Source: Phoronis australis
Taxonomy: Eukaryota; Animalia; Phoronida
Assembly: GCA_002633005.1 (NCBI GenBank)
Contig: NMRA01000189.1
Location: forward strand, 635,169 to 677,505
Direction: 5' to 3'
DNA: 42,337 nucleotides
Positions 36,661-42,337 of the stretch are shown here, piece after piece. Each line of letters begins with the position of its first letter. Positions within the stretch are counted from its first letter, which is position 1. Position numbers and translations under genes: made by a program. Under the pieces are notes generated by a model, which did no database searches, was not told the DNA's origin, and was given only the letters and a program-made list of their open reading frames with translations.

Positions 36661-37098
36661 TTCCAGTTAAATGACATTTTATTTATTTAAGGACGTAGAC
36701 TTCTTTTTCGAAGTACGTCTTGTGAATTTAAACCACTAATTTAAACCCTAAGTCAATAAACGATTTATTGTCATTTGATATGAGAACATTTTGGAGCACT
36801 TTGTGGAGCTGTCCGACATTCATCAATATTCTTGAGACTTACTTCAGATAAGCAAAAATCTTTTAGTGTACTTAGCTATTTGGAGATCTGATGATAGATC
36901 GAATTTTCCCAATGTCAGCCGGCAACTAAGTTCATTGAAGCATCGTCATTTCTTGCAAGATTAGATTCTAATTGTCAAAAAATCATCTCTCAATCAGTCG
37001 ATTTTCGTAGATTAATAAAGATGTAAATCAGAAATCAACAATCGATTCCATGACCAATACATTTACCTTGATTTAATGACTTAATTCCTTTTTGACCC

Positions 37099-37227
37099 CA
37101 GGGGCGTATCCAGGATTTTTAGTTAGGGGGGTAGGGATGGAGGGGTCTCGAATTTTTGGGTTTGCGGACCTTTTGACCAAAAAAAACGGTAAACGGGGTT
37201 TGTTCAGGCCCTATGCATTGTTTATTC
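37099..37227 (+). repeat. CAGGGGCGTATCCAGG-headed repeat end, truncated by an N; inverted homolog at ~39500-39597
   Basis: TCTCGAATTTTTGGGTTT...GGGGTTTGTTCAGG..CTATGCATTGTTTATTC versus its reverse complement at 39501-39590. Confidence 0.7.
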
Positions 37228-39311
37228 NACTGAATCCCGTTTGTTAGTTGAAACAACAAATGTTGTACCTAAGTTAAAATGTAATGCATTTATTGTCATT
37301 TGCATTGTGAGTATATTTTTGGTCACTGTCCGAATTTCATCCTGTCCTTGAGAGTTATTTTGATAGGCAAAAATGGTCTTAACTGTACTTTTCTATTTGG
37401 TGGGCTGCAAATAAATTCACTGAAACATCATCAATTCTTACTAGATAAGCTTCTGATAGTCAAAAATCATTTACGAATCTGACGATTTTCGTAGATACAT
37501 AAACATGTAAATCAGAAACCAACGAATTCATTTATCAAAACGGAATGTAATAAGCAGTTTCCACAGGCATGCTCGCAGATTTTTGACGGGTGACCGGGGA
37601 ACATGGGAGATGGGGCATTCGTATTAAGATGTATTTTGCTTATTTCAGAGGCACCTACAACGGTTCACGATTTAAACTCAAAAAAACGCTGAAACCTTTG
37701 TTTATGATTGCGAGTACTTTGAGTACCCCCGTTCGACATGTACGTGGTCATCACTAATCGTAGCACCGACAGTCTTTTCGATATGTTCCAATTCCTTAAA
37801 GTAACGATCTTCAAAAAAATACAATTCTTGTGATACTATGGGAAAAAGCAACATTATTTTATAACTAACCATCGAAAATAGTCCTTTTGTGTAATTAACA
37901 AATAGTGGTCTTGCACGTTCTTCAAAATTCCACCTTTTCGATAGCGATGAATCGTATTGTATTTTTCACATTTTTGGTTGTTTGGGTCGAATGTCTTGAT
38001 ACTGCTGTGCTGTGCACGAATGTTTTGTGTTTTTGATAAATTTGGAATCTCAAGATTCCCTCGTGAATACTTGGCAGTGTTGGATTTACATGTATAGAGG
38101 GACAAAGGGATAATTCCCCCGAACCGCCCCACCGAGAGATGGTCCCTTCCAAAATGGGACACCTTAAGATGAAAGGCTAAACATTATTATGCTTCGAAAG
38201 AGTGTCAGTTCATTCCATCGTCGTGTGACCCTGCCAGAAGTGGCCTTCCTCAACATGAAAGCCGGTTGTAGGATTTGACAAAAAACACGAAAATAGAGGT
38301 AATCGATTTCAACATTGGCCCCTCTCTCCTGAGCGGCCCCTTTAGAATTTGCCAATAAAAACACGAAAAGGGTGGCCACTTGAATGTCATAAATGGCCCC
38401 CTTCTAGGGCTGAGCCCCTAGATATAAAAAGATCTATATTTTTCTCAAGTGATGTTGCAGTTTCGAGAAAAAAATAGAGCAACAGTTGTTTCCGTTATCC
38501 CTTGCAGGAGAGGCACTCTGTTGAAGAATATAGTTTTGCATTCGCAAAATTGTCTTTAAAACCGGTTCCTCTGAAAATTTAAACTTTTCTATTTTGGTCC
38601 AAAGTCACGATTTTATAGGCAGATTTTGATAAATAATGAAATAAGTAACATCAATACCGCTTAAGTTTAAGAATATCTGTGCAAGCTTTAAAAGCGTCAT
38701 CTCCTACTCAAGTCTAAAATTAAGCACAAGGTTAGTGTAAGTATCATAAACCCCGCTTGTAGTGAATTTAAGCATATCTTTACAAATATTCTGAAGTCAA
38801 CATCTCCTACTAGTGTCACTCACATAAATCCTGCTTAAATTTTAGAATAACTGTACAAGTTTAAAATCGCCATTTCCTAGTCTGGCTTAATATTAAGCGC
38901 AAGTGTAACATAAATCCCGCTTAAACTTAAGAATAGTTTTCCTTGTCAGATCACTATAAGAACGTCCAACGTAATGCCGATATATCATTTGTGCTGATCA
39001 CTAAGACATGACATGGGATTTAGCATGGCAAATACTTTTCATGAAACGTAAACCCGGTCGACTCAGAAGAGAGTGGGAAATAGCTGATTGCAGTAGTGGC
39101 TCAGGTTTGATTTTAAAAACAATGCTATAATTGACACATGCGAAAAGTAACTTTTAGTGAACTAGAGTAAAACTATACCTACTGATCACACGTGGAGCCC
39201 GATGATTCGACATTAGACAAAGAACGACTGACAACAAAGAATATCGCTGTAGCGCCGCAATTCTTTGTTGCCAGTGGTTCTTTGTTTGACATCTATCGGT
39301 TTTATTTCCCC

Positions 39312-39423
39312 CAGTGGCGGATCTAGGATATCGCAAGGGGGGGCCAACATTTTGTCCACGATTGTAGATGCGCATAGCACCGAATGGGGGGATGTCGGGA
39401 GGGCCCCCCTAAATCCGCCTATG
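39312..39423. mobile_element. MITE with 5-bp TSD (TCCCC)
   Basis: CAGTGGCGGATCTAGG...CCTAAATCCGCCTATG flanked by TCCCC on both sides. Confidence 0.7.
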
Positions 39424-42193
39424 TCCCCTATATACTCGAGTTTCCCATTCGTTTATGTGACCATTTAATAGTTTTGAGGGATAGGGCCTAATCGGGGGGT
39501 GAATAAACAATGCATAGACCCTGAACAAACCCCATTTACCGTTTTTTTTTTAGTCAAACGGACCGTAAACCCAAAAATTCGAGACTCTGCATCCCTACAG
39601 ATTACGCTGGGCGCGCGCGTCTGCCGAAATTTTGGTNGCTTCCGGTATTTATATACTTCCCACCTACAGTTACCCAACAGATACATGTATTCCCCAGTCC
39701 CAACGTTCCCAGATTTCAGTTGTTTTCCATGACTAATTGTTCTCCCGTCCCGACGTTCCCCCGACTCAAAACTCCTGGGGTCCGGTGCCCGATCCCTCCG
39801 ATGCCTCCCTGGCTCGATAACTAGTTCCGTTATAATTTGGATGTCATTTTAAGTTTCTTCATACTGGACAGTCAGAACTGTGTTTGTTTGTCTTCTATTT
39901 AAACCTGTAGCAAAAATTTTATGTTCACCGATACATTATGTTCGCGTACTTTTTTAAAAAAACTTCTACCTTGGCGATGATTTGAAACAAATTTTTGTAT
40001 GGTTTGTAATGTCAGTCAAAACAAAATTGCACCCCCTTAAGTGCATGGTTTTAATTATAAGTCTTCTAGATCTGTAGCCATCGGCCCATTCCCAGGGCCT
40101 CTATAAGGAGCGAGTTTAAGTTCAGGTGACCAAAACAATGTCAGCATTTCGTGACCGAATATCCGAAAGAGAACCCAAAATGTTTGAAAAGATTATTTTG
40201 TTTTTTGAGCCTGGACTATATTGCTAGACTACTTTGATTGCCGCAGACTGAGGACAGAGGGCAGGATTAACACCGGTTTTCATAGTCCAATCACAGTTCC
40301 AGCGGTCACTTTCAGGTACTTTCAGCCTCACTTTTGGCCCAGCTTTCACATGACAGATGTATGCAAAGCCAAAACAGAAAATTTTCAAAACAATGTTTCT
40401 GTACAACACTAAAATAAAGTCCAAAACACACTCTTCACTGCGTAGTATAAAACATAACGATCCAAAACCAGCATTTTCACTTCACATCGAGACTAAAGCA
40501 TGCACCTTGACATTTACACTAATACATTCATAAATAAATCAGCACTGAGAAATATTTCGTACCATGGCAGGACTGAATCATGAATAAGTCGAACAACAAT
40601 TTTTTGGTGCAAATGGTATCATATTTTTTTTGTATATGCCAAGTTTCTGTAGTGAAAAAGAATATCTAAGTGAATTTATTAAATATCCGAAGATTGAAAA
40701 TTCTTGGTTTGAGCGTATTTCATATCCTGAATAGCTTAAAATAAAGAATTGATTTTTTCCGTTTTGGCTTTCCACACGGCCGGAGATGCTTAGATCTGCG
40801 GCCAGTAAAGCACGTATATAGTGTGCCGTGTCCTGATGTCACAAGTTTACGCTGAAAACGTTTGCTAGTTGTTCATACTGTGAACTAGTTGGGCTTCAAG
40901 CGTAGGCATACAGGGGCGATAGTACATTCCCACAAAAAGTTAGGAATTTCAAAAAATCAGTGCACATGCAGTTATAATTAATACATATACCATAAGTCTG
41001 GAGACGATTTAGTCAAGAAATTTTTGAACAAATCGATGAAAATTTTTTCGCGGTTTGCGCGAGTTTCTCGCGGTGTGCCATTTTTAGGAAGTTACGTTAC
41101 TGAAATCGGCACGCATGACGTAAAAAGTCCAAGGGACACAAATCTTACAAATTTCACCAGATACCTTCCCATGCAAGTGCCAGGCGTTAGCCGAGTCACG
41201 TGACTCACTTGAAATACTTTGTTATGACGCCCGTGGTGAAAAAGTGGAGTTGGAATTCTTCAAAGTTACGTTAATTGTCGTAGCCGATAATTCACCGAAC
41301 ATACGTGTAGAAGAAGAAAGGAACACTTCAGTCATAGTTTCAAGTGTAGAATAGGTGAAAACTCTCAATCGGTGAGCGGTGGCCTACCACCCGTTTAAAA
41401 TAACACGTTCCTGATCTTTTGACTTCACCCTTCACAGAAGTATGCCCTGAAATCATTTCCCATGAAGAAACACGCTGAGTCCAATTTTACAACTAATGCG
41501 GATGCACAACCTTTACAAATCTAGCCAAAGTAAGGTGTTCTCATTTAAAATTCACGGCAATATCTCTCTTTCGAAGTCTTGCTTTTTAGCGAGGTCCTTG
41601 CGTTACTCCGCAGTGAACTGAGATGAGAGGATAGCTCATTGGTCCATCTTAGCGAAGTCAAAGTAGGTCAATCGCCGGCCGCCAGAGAAAATGAAACTGA
41701 TGACTCATTTTTATAGTCTAAATGATACAGTTATTTGCTTGCATTGCGGGATTAGGCCTACACTCGACAGAATACCCGAACAACTCTTGCAAATACTCAT
41801 TGAGGGGCCCGGCCGTAACCGCGGTGATCAGGCCGTACATGTATTCACCGCACATGTAACTTTCCCAGATATTTCCCGGTAAATGTTCTCCAAAGTACTT
41901 TAATGGACAAAGAGCAGTTTAAAGTGTAAATTGCAAGGTCTAAGTATGTTAAATTGTAATAATATTTTCAAGATATTGTTAGTTGGATATATCTTCTTCC
42001 AATTATCATGTTATTGTGTCTGTAGTTACGTTAAAAAGCGAAAATTAAAAAAAATCCGCGAAAAGTTGACCTTTGACACCGTGACATGGTGTTGGGGAAC
42101 ACAAACTAGATCAATATCCCACAATGCAGTTTACCGCCCATACAAAACAGTGGAAGACGAACAAGGAGCGTTCAATCTTGGCGTGATTTAGAC

Positions 42194-42337
42194 ATGGTAC
42201 ATCGGTGTGTGTGCGCCAACTGTGCTAACACCAGCCAGGTGGAAGGCGTGACCCTATTTAGGTTTCCCAAAGACAAGCATCTGGCCGCGAAATGGCACGT
42301 TTTCGTGTGCACTGCTCGTCATTGTAAAATGACTGTC
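42194..42337 (+). CDS. THAP-domain ORF start (transposon or host THAP protein), running off the window
   Basis: MVHRCVCANCANTSQVEGVTLFRFPKDKHLAAKWHVFV..., the C-x4-C...F.FP....W pattern; 48 codons without a stop. Confidence 0.75.
   Translation, partial: MVHRCVCANCANTSQVEGVTLFRFPKDKHLAAKWHVFVCTARHCKMTV

Noticed and set aside
36900-38940. Local degenerate repeats (36960-37040 vs 37440-37522; ~90-bp units at 38650-38940) and ORFs at 37854-38379
   Set aside because: I recognise no domain or termini; this looks like ordinary decayed repeat sequence.

Overview
AT-rich, repeat-dense eukaryotic DNA, most likely from an invertebrate animal (inferred from gene and repeat content). The only host gene I can support is a spliced TBK1/IKK-epsilon-like kinase on the minus strand. 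I assembled nine coding exons by hand (22744 down to 2027, 1222 nt, about 407 codons: kinase domain plus ubiquitin-like domain), and the gene continues past the left edge. Exons 2-3 occur twice on either side of a single-N junction, probably as two haplotypes. The most notable feature sits in the last visible intron (1-1058, minus strand): a 5'-truncated Hero-like non-LTR retrotransposon. Its restriction-like endonuclease (RLE) is followed, across a one-base shift at an A7 run, by an unbroken USP/peptidase-C19 deubiquitinase-like frame (GLCNVGNTCFVNSTLQ, QQDAHEFL, two CxxC) that the ORF track missed because it runs off the window. The rest is Penelope fragments (one with a hammerhead ribozyme relic), Harbinger-, Kolobok/THAP- and Helentron-like non-autonomous elements, MITEs, a SINE, a 23-bp minisatellite, and candidate NF-kB/ISRE motifs upstream of the kinase.
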